Virus record (IMG/VR): IMGVR_UViG_3300033076_000093 | Location: 1 to 29,458 of that record | Origin: a virus | Taxonomy: Duplodnaviria > Caudoviricetes | Length of the DNA stretch: 29,458 nt | Direction: 5' to 3' (one strand) | In this document: positions 1 to 9,613 of the stretch, piece after piece | How the letters are laid out: each line of letters begins with the position of its first letter | How positions within the stretch are numbered: the stretch's first letter is position 1 | Notes under the pieces: model-generated | Database searches by the model: none | What the model was told of the DNA's origin: nothing | The model's input: only the letters and a program-made list of their open reading frames with translations | Program-made: the position numbers and the translations under genes

Positions 1-105
1 GTGCGGCAAGCAGGGCTTAATGAAGCCCTGCGAAACCGCATCATGAACGCCAAAGCCTACGTCGCCATCAAGGACGGAAAGATAGGCGTGTGGTTCTCCC
101 GTTAG
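1..105 (+). CDS. 3' end of a small hypothetical phage protein (partial), convergent with the giant gene
   Basis: Not in the ORF track. Frame 1 is open from base 1: VRQAGLNEALRNRIMNAKAYVAIKDGKIGVWFSR*, with TAG at 103-105 overlapping the minus-strand stop at 102-104. The C-terminal 'GVWFxR' resembles small phage DNA-binding-type proteins (recollection). Confidence 0.6.
   Translation: MRQAGLNEALRNRIMNAKAYVAIKDGKIGVWFSR
2..40. other. Long inverted repeat / stem-loop
   Basis: TGCGG-caa-GCAGGGCTT-aatg-AAGCCCTGC-gaaa-CCGCA. Perfect 9-bp inner stem (10-18/23-31) plus a 5-bp outer stem (2-6/36-40). No clear U-tract. Confidence 0.6.
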
Positions 106-3100
106 TCCGTCACCGCAAGGAACTGTCTGGCCAGCGCCATCTTGGCCTTGTCGATCTGCGCCAGCTTTTCGTCCTTCTCCTCGGTGGACATCTTGGGGTC
201 AGCCGTGATGCGGCGTTCCATCTTGGCCAACTCCCCGAGGCGTTTCTGAACAGACCCAGAGAGCGAAGCTGCCGCCAGCTTGTTGGCGTACTCCTGAGCA
301 AATTCTTTGGCCTCGGCTTGCTGGCCGCGCTCCAGCATACGGTTGTACGTGCCCTTGGTTTGCTGAATCTCCTGCATCCGATCGTACGCTTCGTCCAGCG
401 TTCCCCGACCCTCAACAGGTTGGAAGAGACCGCCGATAAACGGCATCTTGCTTGCCTTGGTTGTGGGCTTAGCAATTTCTGCCTTGGTGTCAGGAGCCAG
501 CAACGGGTTGGCAAGCTGCACAATCGCAATCCCCAGACCGCCCGTGTAGCCCCGGATCAAGTAGTCGATGGTGATCGGGGAGACGCCCACCTCCCCAGTG
601 ACCGAGCCAATGACTTTTGCCAACTCGGTTGACGACTCACGGTAGCGCTGGGTTGCCAACTCGCTCTTTTCTCTGGCCGACTCGATGTCGCCGCCGTAGA
701 AGGACTTGCCCAGTACCGCCTCTGTCAGCGGCTTAATGGCTTGCGGCAAGCTAAACGGGTTGGTCTGTTGAGCCAGCTTGAACAAACCGCTCATGGCTTT
801 GCTGGCTTTCTCATCCTGCGCCGCCACGTTCCAGATCGCCTCCGGCAACGCCTTGAACAAGAAGCCCATTTCAAACGGCATCGGCACGCGCACAGGCTCA
901 TCAAACCCCGGCACATACACAAACCAGTTGGCCAGCCGCTCCTCGGGTTTGGCTCGCTTGTAGGCTTCGTCGTCTTCCATAGCGGCGGCATACGCCAGCG
1001 TTCCTGCGGCCAGCAGCAACCCGCGCTGGATCATTTTCTCTTTGATCTCAAGTTGCTTGCTGTACGGCATGTCGCCCTTGAACGCACGGTAAATCACATC
1101 CAGACCTTGCACCTGCGCGTTGAAGAACGGGATCATGACGGAGAGCGCCTGCATACTGGGGGAGACACCGCGACGGCTAAAGTTCATCGACTCCAGTGTG
1201 CGCAGGAGCGCCTCCTGCTCGGTCATGCCCTTGTCCAAGGAGTCCTTGTAAATAACGGCACGGGTAGCGGCATCGCCCTGCAACGCAAACGCGTCAAGTT
1301 TAGCCAGCGCTTTTTCCCACAGCCCCTTACCGGCAGACAAGTCCTTTAGGAACCGAGCCATGTCTTGCTCGTCGCCGCTGTAGATGTTGCTGCTGATAGC
1401 GCCTGTCTCCATGAGCTTGCGCTCATTCTCGCTGCGGCCAGCCACCATGCTGGCCAGTTCCTTCATCGAGGAGAGCACCGGAGTTGCGTCCGTGCCTGTG
1501 GTCAGCCATGCGTTGAGCGGGTCACGGATAACCTGACGCACGGCATAGGCTGGGTTGCGCACCACGAACGAGCGCAGGATGTTGGCAGGGATGCCCATCG
1601 CCTTGATGACGGCGGGCAGAGTAGTCTTGATGCCCTCCATCCCGCGCACAATCAGTTCAGCCGGAATGCCGTATTGGTTGGTGTCAATCACCGCGTAGTA
1701 GTCGTCACCATTCTTCTTGAACCGAACAACATCGGCTCCTTTAGGCCCTTTGCCTTGGCGCACAACGCTGGCAATACCGAGCTTCTTGAGCATGAACGCC
1801 GTCTCTTTCACGGCTTGGTTGCGCAATCCCATGCCGGTCAGCATGAAAGTGTTTTGCGCTGCGCTTGTAAACACCGGCAGGATCGACGTGTTGCCGCCCA
1901 CCAACTCTTTGAGTTGCGGCTCGTCCTTGATGTTGGAGATGCGCACAGGCGTCTCTTTGTCGATCATCAACTGCAACTCACCGTTGGCGTTGATCCGGTA
2001 GAAAGGCACGTAACTGATTGCTTTCAACTCCGCCGCTTTCTTAGCCGACAGTGCCCCAGTATCGACGAGGAAATCCAACAAGCCAGCGTTATATTTTTGG
2101 TACAAGCGGGCGGCTTCCTCAAACGCATCCTTAGAGGTTTTGTCCGCGTTCAGCTTGGCCATAATGCTGTCGTACTCGGCCTTAGCTTTCTGCGGGTTAG
2201 AGAAGTTCAGCTTTTCCCAGCCAACTTGGTTGGCACGCTTGCCTGCCAGATACACGGTAAACATGTTCTCTTGCTCGGTCTCGTTGCCCAGCTTAGCCTT
2301 GTTCAAAGCCAGCGCCACATCCATCATGGACGTGCCCTTGGTGCTGCGGTAGATCGTCTCAACCCCGTCGGCTTTCTTAACGTGCTCCGCCTTGACAGGG
2401 CCGTTAGTCAGGAACTGACCAGCAAACTGGCTGCGCTGTTGGCCAAACCGCAACAGGTACTGGGCGTTTGTAGCTTCTAAGCTACTGATGACGTTGGCCT
2501 CCATACCCTTTTTAATAGCGGCATCCAAAGCGGCGTACTGGTCAACAAACTGCACGCGCCCAGCCAAACCCATGACGTTGGTGAGCACCTTGTCAACGAT
2601 CCCCGGCTCGGTTCCGACCACGGAGTCGCTTGCTTGGCGGCGCAGGCGGAACGCAGTCTGGCCGTCTGCCGCCCGATACACGCCCACAGTCTTGTTGGCA
2701 AACGCTTTGCGCGACTGCTTGAGCATGTAGAACACATCGGATGTGGATAGCTCGCCCAGATTTTTGAGCCCCATTTTGCGCAATCCAGCGCGGACCATGC
2801 CAACAAGCTCTTTGAGCCAGCGGCCAGCCTTTTGGCGGAACGACTCTGTGACTTTGGCTTCGGCTGTGTGGGCAATGATCTCGCGCAAGCCTTGGAGTTT
2901 TTGAATTTCCTCGCTCACGCCCAGCGCCGCGTTTGCTCTGACAGTAGCCAGCACCTCGTTGACCAGCGGCTTGCCGCCAATCTCTTCGGCCAGTTTGATG
3001 ATGTCGGTCTTCTTGGAAAATGCGTTGAGGCGCTCCTGACCAATCACGGTGTCGATACCGTAGTGGCCAATCAACTCGTGGGCAATCGTCTCTTCCAAGT

Positions 3101-6100
3101 CACGCACGTCGGCGTGCTGATCGCCCACCACCAAGACGGTTCCGTCGGGGAACACAGCGCCCTGCACCATGCCTTCCCTTGGGTCCACTCCGTCCTTGGC
3201 CATCATGTTGAGCAAGCGAAGCGGGATTTTGCCGGGGGTAGCGGCGTAGACAAACTTCACATTTTTTGGCAAGTCCAAGCCGTCAATCACCTTTTGGGCT
3301 TCTGCCGCATCAACCACGGTTGTGGCCTCGCCCTCACGCAGACGGTATGCGTTGCCGCCATCGGTCTTGTTGGCTTTGGTGCCAGCAGCGCGGACATCAC
3401 CCCGCATACCGGCGCGAACCTGCGATGGGGCCGCACGCTTGCTAGCCGCCTCTTGGCGAGACTCTGTAGTGGCGCGGCTCTCGGGCGAGCCTGTGCGCTC
3501 CTCACGGGCGTAGCGTGTAACCTTGCGGGTGACGGGTGTCTTGTCCCGTTTGGTGGGGACTTCTTGCTTGCTCTGGGACAGCGCCTCCTTGAACTTTTCC
3601 ACTTGCTCTTTACGCAGGGTTTTAAAGTCCTCGGTCTTGCGGCCTGCACGGATGGCCACTTCAATCAGCGCCTCCCGCGTATCAGCTTTGAAAGCGCGTA
3701 CTTGCTCGTCCTCGGCCCCATACCGAGCAACCAGCTTGTCCAAACGGTTCTTGGCTTCTTGAATGGCGTTGGCAAACTCCTCTGTCTGCGTACCAAACGC
3801 GTAGGCCATCTCGTCCAACTTCTCGGACTTCATGGCTTCATACGTCACATCGCCGGACTCCATGCGCTTGGCTCGCTTTTGCTCGCGGCTCATCAAGGAC
3901 AGGCGCTTTAACTCTTTCTCGGCCTCGGCGATCGCTTCCTCGTCCTTGAACGCTTTGGCGGTTTCTAGTTTGTTTTGGGCCTCTTTGCGACGGTCAATGA
4001 CGGCTTTACCGGGAGCTTCCAGCAACGCCTTCTTCTGGGCGCGTTCCGTCTCCTTGGTCTCAAGAGGACGATAGTTGAAAAGCTGGCTGTACAGGCTGAC
4101 GATCTGCTCCTTGACAGGAGTGATCTTGTTGACGATTTTGGCGTACTCTTCTCGGACCTTATTGAGCCGACGCTCAACAGCGGCACGCTCGCCAGCATCC
4201 ATCTGGCGCTCGCCCGGTGCCTCGCCTTTGCCCAACTTGGCCTGCAAAGTTGCGAGCTTCTCGCGCAGGGTGGGCTTAGCAATACCGGACTCAAGCGCAT
4301 CCACGAGAAGGGCTTCCTCCTCGGCCAAATCTGTAATCTGCTGGAGGAGCGACTTCTTGGCGTTGCCCTGCTTTTTCTCGACCTTGTTCTTGAGCCGTTC
4401 GATCTCGTTCATCACGTAGTCGTAGGCGTACGCATCGGCGCTCTCGTCAAAGCGCTTTTGAACTTCTGGGTCAGGGAACGAACCTGTGCGCAGGAGACGG
4501 TAGTTCTCCAAGAGCCCCTGCCCCCACTTGTCTTTGCGTTTGGCAAGCGTCTGGGCAATCTCCATGAAGGACTTCTGCGTGCGCTCCACACTGCGCAGGG
4601 GCTCACCGGTTTTCTTTGCCAGCCCGGTGCCGCCAAGGCCAAGGCGCTCATCAAGCGCGTTGGTCAAAGCCGTGCGTTCCTTGGCCGCTTTATCCATCTC
4701 CTCCCGCTTCAACTCGTCCCGAGCCTTGGTGTACTTCATCACCGTCTCCCAGTCTTGACGGGCGATGGCTTCTTTCAGGATGTTGGACGGGTCAAAAATG
4801 TCAAGAATTGTGCCCTTTTGGAAGGGCTGAGACAGGCGCGACTGCTCGGCCTCGTATTTATTGACGGCTTTGAGAGCGGCGTTGATCTCAACGGGCTTGC
4901 CGCCACGCACAGCCTCGGCCAACTGGGTGTTCGCGTCGGCCAGTTTTTCCCCTGCCTTGTCGGCTTGATAGTCGCGTAGGGTGCGCTTTGGGGTCGGCAA
5001 AGCAAACGCTTCGGCCATGTCCTTGGCCAAGCCGGGGAACTCAATCTCTTTGCCAGCAATGTTGGTGTACTTGAGTCCTTGCGGCTCAGGTTGCTCGGGC
5101 ATTTCAGCAAACAAGTCACGCGTTTCGCCGCGCTTCTCAAGGCCAATTTGCTTTTCTTGCAGTGCCGCCATCTGCTGGGCGGTTTTGTCTGACAGTTGGC
5201 TGCGCTCGTTCTTGACGGCCAGCAACTCGTCCTTGACCTTGGCAGCTTTGTCGTAGTCTTTGTTCTCCAGTGCCGTGGTGTAGGCGGCAGTGAGTTGGTC
5301 GAGCTTTGTGTCCAGCGCCTGCATCTTAGCGGAGGCGGCTTGCTGGAACTCCACGTCTGACAGGGCGGTGCCCCCACGCTCCTCGATCAGTGCGGCGCGG
5401 GCATCAATGCGTTTTTGCAAGTTTGCACGCTGGGCGTTGAGGGCATCGAAATCCTCCGGCGCGGCTTTGGCCAGTTGTGCCTCAAGGTCTCCAAGCTGGT
5501 TCTTAAGCAAATCCTGCTCCAGCATCAGTCGCTGGACATCAAGTGCTGGGCCTTGGTCGGGGATGGGGGCAGCTTGGGTAGCCTGCGTGGGGGCAGCGGC
5601 AACTTCAGCTTCTGCCTGCTGTTGCTCGTACATCTGCTCAATCGCAGACTTGCGCTTGGTGTACTCCTCGCGCAGGGGTTTGTACGTCTCGTTGATGAAC
5701 TGCGCACGCTCGGCCTTGGCTTGCTGGTACGCGGCTTTTTCCTCGTCGGTAGCGCCCTTCTGGGGCTTCATCCCGTTGACCTGCTCGTTGAGCGCCTTGA
5801 GTTGCTGGTCAGCGGCGCGGAAGTTTGCATCAAGCTCACGAAGCGCGTCTGGGGCGTTCTTGGCTGCTTCCTCCGCCTCGGCTACCTTGGCGGCTTCTTC
5901 CTCGCGCTGGCGTGCCACGGTCTGACGGGCACCGGCTTTCTCAGAGAACCGCCCCGCCGCACCGATAGGCCCGAGCAAGCCGACCTGATACGCCGTCTGG
6001 CCATACTCGGCCAACGCGTCGGGGGAAGTCAACGACAGGCCAGCCTGCATCCGCTCCAGCATTTGCTGGGCAACTTCCGTGGGAATCTCAGCGGCGGCAC

Positions 6101-6860
6101 CAACAGCGGTGCCCTTGAGCAGCGTAGCGGCCAGCCGTTCTTCGGCCAGCTTGGCAGCGTTGCCAGCGCCCATCGTCAGCGCTTTCTCGGGGATGCCTGT
6201 GAACTTGCTGATAAGCCGTCCACCCAACGGAATAAACGTCCCTGCCACGTCCAGCGCGGCTTGGGGCACAGCGGCGGCTCCAGCCGCAGTACGGCTGATC
6301 GGTTGGCCTTCAGCGGCCTGTCGTTCGATGTTGGAGCCAAACTGGGAGATCAGGCTGGGGAGCGCCGCGCCAGCAACGCCGCCAACGACCGTACCAACTG
6401 GACCAGCCAAAGAGCCAAGGGCAGCACCCGTCCGGGCACCACCCAGCGTAGCGGCAATATTTGGCGCTTGCTCAGCAATTGCTTTGGGGACTTGGCTGGC
6501 TACTTCCTTGGCGGCGGCAAGGAGGCCCTGCTCTTCGTACGCTTGCTTGGCTCGCTCAAAGCTGACCTCATCGGCGTACTTTCGGCCCATTTCTTCTTGG
6601 CGGGCAAGACCGGCACGGGCGGCGGCTTCGGGGTCAAATAGGGTTTGGCCAGCAGTGCGCACGCTGGAGACCGCAGACTCCAATCCTTTTTGGAACGCGC
6701 CAGTAATACCGCCCTTGGGCTGCTTCTCAGGTTGTTTTTTCTCTTTTATGCCAAATGCCGATGGGTGTAGACGCTCCGCTTCAGCAAGCGCGGATTCTGG
6801 GCTTTCGCCCTCCTTGAGGGGAAATAAGCCGCCATCTGGCAGTTCAATATACTTTGGCAT
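102..6860 (-). CDS. Giant internal virion / large polyvalent protein (zincin-like metallopeptidase motif and LPD38-like C-terminus)
   Basis: 2252-aa ORF, last gene after the ejection proteins. It has an N-terminal Gly-zipper (GAALGSLAGPVGTVVGGVAGAAL), long charged coiled-coils, and AHELIGHYG plus a downstream EIIAHTAE (zincin-like). The C-terminal PFFNAQVQG / VRVPMPFEMG / SPITIDYLIRGYTGGLG motifs are typical of LPD38-type domains. Confidence 0.75.
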   Translation of the reverse strand: MPKYIELPDGGLFPLKEGESPESALAEAERLHPSAFGIKEKKQPEKQPKGGITGAFQKGLESAVSSVRTAGQTLFDPEAAARAGLARQEEMGRKYADEVSFERAKQAYEEQGLLAAAKEVASQVPKAIAEQAPNIAATLGGARTGAALGSLAGPVGTVVGGVAGAALPSLISQFGSNIERQAAEGQPISRTAAGAAAVPQAALDVAGTFIPLGGRLISKFTGIPEKALTMGAGNAAKLAEERLAATLLKGTAVGAAAEIPTEVAQQMLERMQAGLSLTSPDALAEYGQTAYQVGLLGPIGAAGRFSEKAGARQTVARQREEEAAKVAEAEEAAKNAPDALRELDANFRAADQQLKALNEQVNGMKPQKGATDEEKAAYQQAKAERAQFINETYKPLREEYTKRKSAIEQMYEQQQAEAEVAAAPTQATQAAPIPDQGPALDVQRLMLEQDLLKNQLGDLEAQLAKAAPEDFDALNAQRANLQKRIDARAALIEERGGTALSDVEFQQAASAKMQALDTKLDQLTAAYTTALENKDYDKAAKVKDELLAVKNERSQLSDKTAQQMAALQEKQIGLEKRGETRDLFAEMPEQPEPQGLKYTNIAGKEIEFPGLAKDMAEAFALPTPKRTLRDYQADKAGEKLADANTQLAEAVRGGKPVEINAALKAVNKYEAEQSRLSQPFQKGTILDIFDPSNILKEAIARQDWETVMKYTKARDELKREEMDKAAKERTALTNALDERLGLGGTGLAKKTGEPLRSVERTQKSFMEIAQTLAKRKDKWGQGLLENYRLLRTGSFPDPEVQKRFDESADAYAYDYVMNEIERLKNKVEKKQGNAKKSLLQQITDLAEEEALLVDALESGIAKPTLREKLATLQAKLGKGEAPGERQMDAGERAAVERRLNKVREEYAKIVNKITPVKEQIVSLYSQLFNYRPLETKETERAQKKALLEAPGKAVIDRRKEAQNKLETAKAFKDEEAIAEAEKELKRLSLMSREQKRAKRMESGDVTYEAMKSEKLDEMAYAFGTQTEEFANAIQEAKNRLDKLVARYGAEDEQVRAFKADTREALIEVAIRAGRKTEDFKTLRKEQVEKFKEALSQSKQEVPTKRDKTPVTRKVTRYAREERTGSPESRATTESRQEAASKRAAPSQVRAGMRGDVRAAGTKANKTDGGNAYRLREGEATTVVDAAEAQKVIDGLDLPKNVKFVYAATPGKIPLRLLNMMAKDGVDPREGMVQGAVFPDGTVLVVGDQHADVRDLEETIAHELIGHYGIDTVIGQERLNAFSKKTDIIKLAEEIGGKPLVNEVLATVRANAALGVSEEIQKLQGLREIIAHTAEAKVTESFRQKAGRWLKELVGMVRAGLRKMGLKNLGELSTSDVFYMLKQSRKAFANKTVGVYRAADGQTAFRLRRQASDSVVGTEPGIVDKVLTNVMGLAGRVQFVDQYAALDAAIKKGMEANVISSLEATNAQYLLRFGQQRSQFAGQFLTNGPVKAEHVKKADGVETIYRSTKGTSMMDVALALNKAKLGNETEQENMFTVYLAGKRANQVGWEKLNFSNPQKAKAEYDSIMAKLNADKTSKDAFEEAARLYQKYNAGLLDFLVDTGALSAKKAAELKAISYVPFYRINANGELQLMIDKETPVRISNIKDEPQLKELVGGNTSILPVFTSAAQNTFMLTGMGLRNQAVKETAFMLKKLGIASVVRQGKGPKGADVVRFKKNGDDYYAVIDTNQYGIPAELIVRGMEGIKTTLPAVIKAMGIPANILRSFVVRNPAYAVRQVIRDPLNAWLTTGTDATPVLSSMKELASMVAGRSENERKLMETGAISSNIYSGDEQDMARFLKDLSAGKGLWEKALAKLDAFALQGDAATRAVIYKDSLDKGMTEQEALLRTLESMNFSRRGVSPSMQALSVMIPFFNAQVQGLDVIYRAFKGDMPYSKQLEIKEKMIQRGLLLAAGTLAYAAAMEDDEAYKRAKPEERLANWFVYVPGFDEPVRVPMPFEMGFLFKALPEAIWNVAAQDEKASKAMSGLFKLAQQTNPFSLPQAIKPLTEAVLGKSFYGGDIESAREKSELATQRYRESSTELAKVIGSVTGEVGVSPITIDYLIRGYTGGLGIAIVQLANPLLAPDTKAEIAKPTTKASKMPFIGGLFQPVEGRGTLDEAYDRMQEIQQTKGTYNRMLERGQQAEAKEFAQEYANKLAAASLSGSVQKRLGELAKMERRITADPKMSTEEKDEKLAQIDKAKMALARQFLAVTD

Positions 6861-6870
6861 AACAACCTGC

Positions 6871-6902
6871 GAATTGTGTGCCGTGGGCGACGCGGCAAAT
6901 TC
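6871..6902. promoter_or_regulatory. Intergenic stem-loop immediately upstream of the giant gene's RBS
   Basis: GAATT-gtg-TGCCGTG-ggcga-CGCGGCA-AATTC, lying in the largest intergenic gap of the window (6861-6917). Confidence 0.45.
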
Positions 6903-6917
6903 TGCGCCCTGACCGGA

Positions 6918-8567
6918 TTATGGCCGTTCGTAGAGCCGAGCGCCACCCCCCGGCTTTTCTGTATCGACCACGCGTGGTCGGAAAGCGGTGGTTGCTGCAC
7001 GAATCGTTCTTGCAAAATCAGTAGGCGACATCGGCTCAGACATTGCGCGTTGGGATGCCGCCACATGGTCAGCGTACAGTTTAGCGAACGCCAACTCAGG
7101 CTTATCGCCCTTCAAAGTCTCCAGTTTGCGCAAGCCCGACTCCAGCACTTCCTGCTGGGTGTTGCCGGTGCCAAGGATCGACGCGGCCCGCAACTCTGCT
7201 GGCAACGCGTTGGCCGTAATCTGGGTGCGTTGCAGTGCGCCTTGCTGCTCGGTAAGGGTTTTCCACACTTCCGTCGATTGCTGAGTTTTGAGGCCAAGAA
7301 CTTTGCTGGTGAGTTCAGCCCCGCGCTCGTCAATTTTGTCCTTGCGGTCTTCCATGCGGTTGCGCAAGGCCATCATTGTCTTCTCGTCGTCACGCTCCTC
7401 GGCGCGGCGGAACTGCTCAATATCTCCGCGCATCTTCATGCGCTCGCGCTCCAGTTTCTTGAGGTCGCTCATGGCCGACTGATACTCTTTGACCGCCGGT
7501 AGCGCTTCCTTCAAGTTCTGGATGCCGTACTGTGACGAGCCGCCAGCAATCCCAAGACCGGCCATCAGGAGCGCCAGACCAGCAGCCTTGTCCTTCTCGC
7601 CAGCCGAAGCCGCTTCTTCTTTGTCAAGAGCGGCCTCCAGTTTTGCAAATGCTGGGTTGTCACGACGCATCTGCATCATGTTCTCAAACTCAGCCATAGC
7701 CCGCTCGCCCTCACGCTGGCGCTCGTCCTTCATGGTCTGAAGCTCAAGTTGCGCCGCAGTGTCATCAACAGGCAACGGACCTGCGCCGGGACGACCCGCA
7801 CCGCCAGCCACGGCAGGAGCCGCGCCGCTAGCCAAAGCACCAAGACCTTGACGTAAGGCACCGGGGGCAGGAGCGCCACGGCCAGTATCGGCTGTGGAGG
7901 CAGTATCGCCGGGCATAGGCGGGGGCGGCTCACGACCACCATAAGGAGCGCGAGTAGTAGTCTCGTAGATTTTTCGCATCCCTGCGTTCTCGGCTTCTCG
8001 ACGCGCGTTCTCACGAGCAATTGCTTCGCGGCGGCGCTTAGCCAGAGTCTCTTCTTCCGACCCAAAGAACCCAGAAATTTTTGAGCCGATGTCCGACACC
8101 ATGTCGCCAAAGCTCATGTTCTCATAGCCGGTAGTTTCCGGCAAAAGTTTCTCGCTCTCGTACGGACGGTAAGAATAGGTGCCCGTGCCGCCTCCAGCCA
8201 AAGCCACAATCCCGCCGTCAGCCATGCGCAGGACCGGCTCGCTGCGCTGTACAAAATCACCGCCATCGGCGTAGCCAGCAATCCCGCCATCAGCCATCTG
8301 GGCAATGTTCTGGGCAGGCAGCATGCCAATCCCCTGCTGCTCGGGTAAAACGCCAAGCTGGGCAACTTCTTGATCCACTACCTTGGGTTGGGGCGCGTAT
8401 TGTGCGGCTTGACCGGCAGCGCGCATTTGCTTGCGGCGGCTGTCTTCAGCAATGATAAGCGGCAAGACGTAGGGGTCTTGCTTGTGCATCATGGCCATCC
8501 GCTTCAAAGCGGGGTCAGGCATCATCGCCAGTTGCGATGTCAGTTTGTCTGTGTTTGGAAGTGCCAT
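6918..8567 (-). CDS. Putative internal virion / DNA ejection protein with MADGG repeats
   Basis: Likely start is the ATG at 8567 (GAGG 6 nt upstream). Ala/Gln-rich and helical, with a hydrophobic stretch AAGLALLMAGLGIAGG. Sits in the podovirus ejection-protein block. Confidence 0.6.
   Translation of the reverse strand: MALPNTDKLTSQLAMMPDPALKRMAMMHKQDPYVLPLIIAEDSRRKQMRAAGQAAQYAPQPKVVDQEVAQLGVLPEQQGIGMLPAQNIAQMADGGIAGYADGGDFVQRSEPVLRMADGGIVALAGGGTGTYSYRPYESEKLLPETTGYENMSFGDMVSDIGSKISGFFGSEEETLAKRRREAIARENARREAENAGMRKIYETTTRAPYGGREPPPPMPGDTASTADTGRGAPAPGALRQGLGALASGAAPAVAGGAGRPGAGPLPVDDTAAQLELQTMKDERQREGERAMAEFENMMQMRRDNPAFAKLEAALDKEEAASAGEKDKAAGLALLMAGLGIAGGSSQYGIQNLKEALPAVKEYQSAMSDLKKLERERMKMRGDIEQFRRAEERDDEKTMMALRNRMEDRKDKIDERGAELTSKVLGLKTQQSTEVWKTLTEQQGALQRTQITANALPAELRAASILGTGNTQQEVLESGLRKLETLKGDKPELAFAKLYADHVAASQRAMSEPMSPTDFARTIRAATTAFRPRVVDTEKPGGGARLYERP
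8190..8297 (-). repeat. Clustered peptide repeat MADGG / YADGG / MADGG / LAGGG
   Basis: Translation QMADGGIAGYADGGDFVQRSEPVLRMADGGIVALAGGG. Synonymous codons differ between copies. Confidence 0.8.
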
Positions 8568-8575
8568 GTTTTGCC

Positions 8576-9604
8576 TCAACCCATGTTATAGATAGCCAGT
8601 TCAGCCAACCCAGCAGGGGCTTCATTTACTTTGCCACCCTTTTTAAACATCCCAAGTTTGCTCAAACCAAGCCCAGCCACACCCAAACCAGTCAGTTGCG
8701 ACATAGGAGACGGGGGCGCTTGGTAGATTGTGGACGCCGATGTGGCTGTGGGAACGCCGCGAATAATGTCGGACATGAAGCCGAGCATCTTGTACGGATA
8801 GTTCTGGTAGTTCAGGTAGTCCTGATACTGCGCGTTGAGCACTTCCTGAGCGCGTTGCTGTTCGGCTTGGCCAAGCGCTGCTTGCGTCTGGATTGCGCCC
8901 TGTGTCTGACCAAATTGTTGTTGGCCAAGACCGCCCAGAGTTTGAGCGGATTGCAAAGCGGTCTGCAAGCCTTGCAGGCCAAGCCCTGCGCCAAACTGAC
9001 GGGACTGCTCACGAAGCTGCGCCGCAGCCTGACGAGCGGCTTGCTCTTGGTTGAACTGCTGCATACCCTGCTGATATGCCGACTGCAAACCTTGGGCTTG
9101 GATGCCACCAAGCTGGGTCTGGAGCGCACGGTTAGCCTCGGCGTTCTCAATAGCCTGACGGGAACCACCAAAAGCACCGGCACGAGCAGCCTGCGCACCA
9201 CGGGCAGTAGCGGCAATATCCGCCTGACGCTTAGCTTCACGCTGCTGAACATCCACCACATTTTGCATGTAGGGGGACATGAAGCTCTCGGCAGTACCGG
9301 GCTGAGTGAAAGAGCGCGAGCGATAGCGCATCGGGTCATACTGGGTGCCCAACGCCCCAAGGCCAGCGGCAGAAGCAATGTCTGTGCCTGCACCGATCTG
9401 TCCTGCAACACCCATCTGGCCAGCCGACTCCATAGCCTGCTGTGTCAGAGGAGAGAACTGCGCGACGCGCTCGCCTTGGTATTGCTGGAAAGGATACTTC
9501 TCAATATCCGTAAATGCCTGCGCCTGATTTAGCAGTCTTTCAGCGTACGGGAGCAGTTCTTCCGGGATGGAGGTTTGGTAAATATTTTGAGAGGTCGCGG
9601 CCAT
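8576..9604 (-). CDS. Putative DNA transfer / pilot (ejection) protein
   Basis: 342 aa with SD TAAGGAG. Q/A/G-rich, carries 'AGAFGGSRQA' as in podovirus DNA-transfer proteins, and ends in a Gly-zipper LTGLGVAGLGL followed by FKKGG. Confidence 0.65.
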   Translation of the reverse strand: MAATSQNIYQTSIPEELLPYAERLLNQAQAFTDIEKYPFQQYQGERVAQFSPLTQQAMESAGQMGVAGQIGAGTDIASAAGLGALGTQYDPMRYRSRSFTQPGTAESFMSPYMQNVVDVQQREAKRQADIAATARGAQAARAGAFGGSRQAIENAEANRALQTQLGGIQAQGLQSAYQQGMQQFNQEQAARQAAAQLREQSRQFGAGLGLQGLQTALQSAQTLGGLGQQQFGQTQGAIQTQAALGQAEQQRAQEVLNAQYQDYLNYQNYPYKMLGFMSDIIRGVPTATSASTIYQAPPSPMSQLTGLGVAGLGLSKLGMFKKGGKVNEAPAGLAELAIYNMG

Positions 9605-9613
9605 TTTGACTCC

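Noticed and set aside
90-9532. Many long plus-strand ORFs (e.g. 1365-2480, 2832-3911, 5415-6641, 8537-9532)
   Set aside because: Antisense shadows of GC-rich minus-strand genes, with no recognisable motifs.
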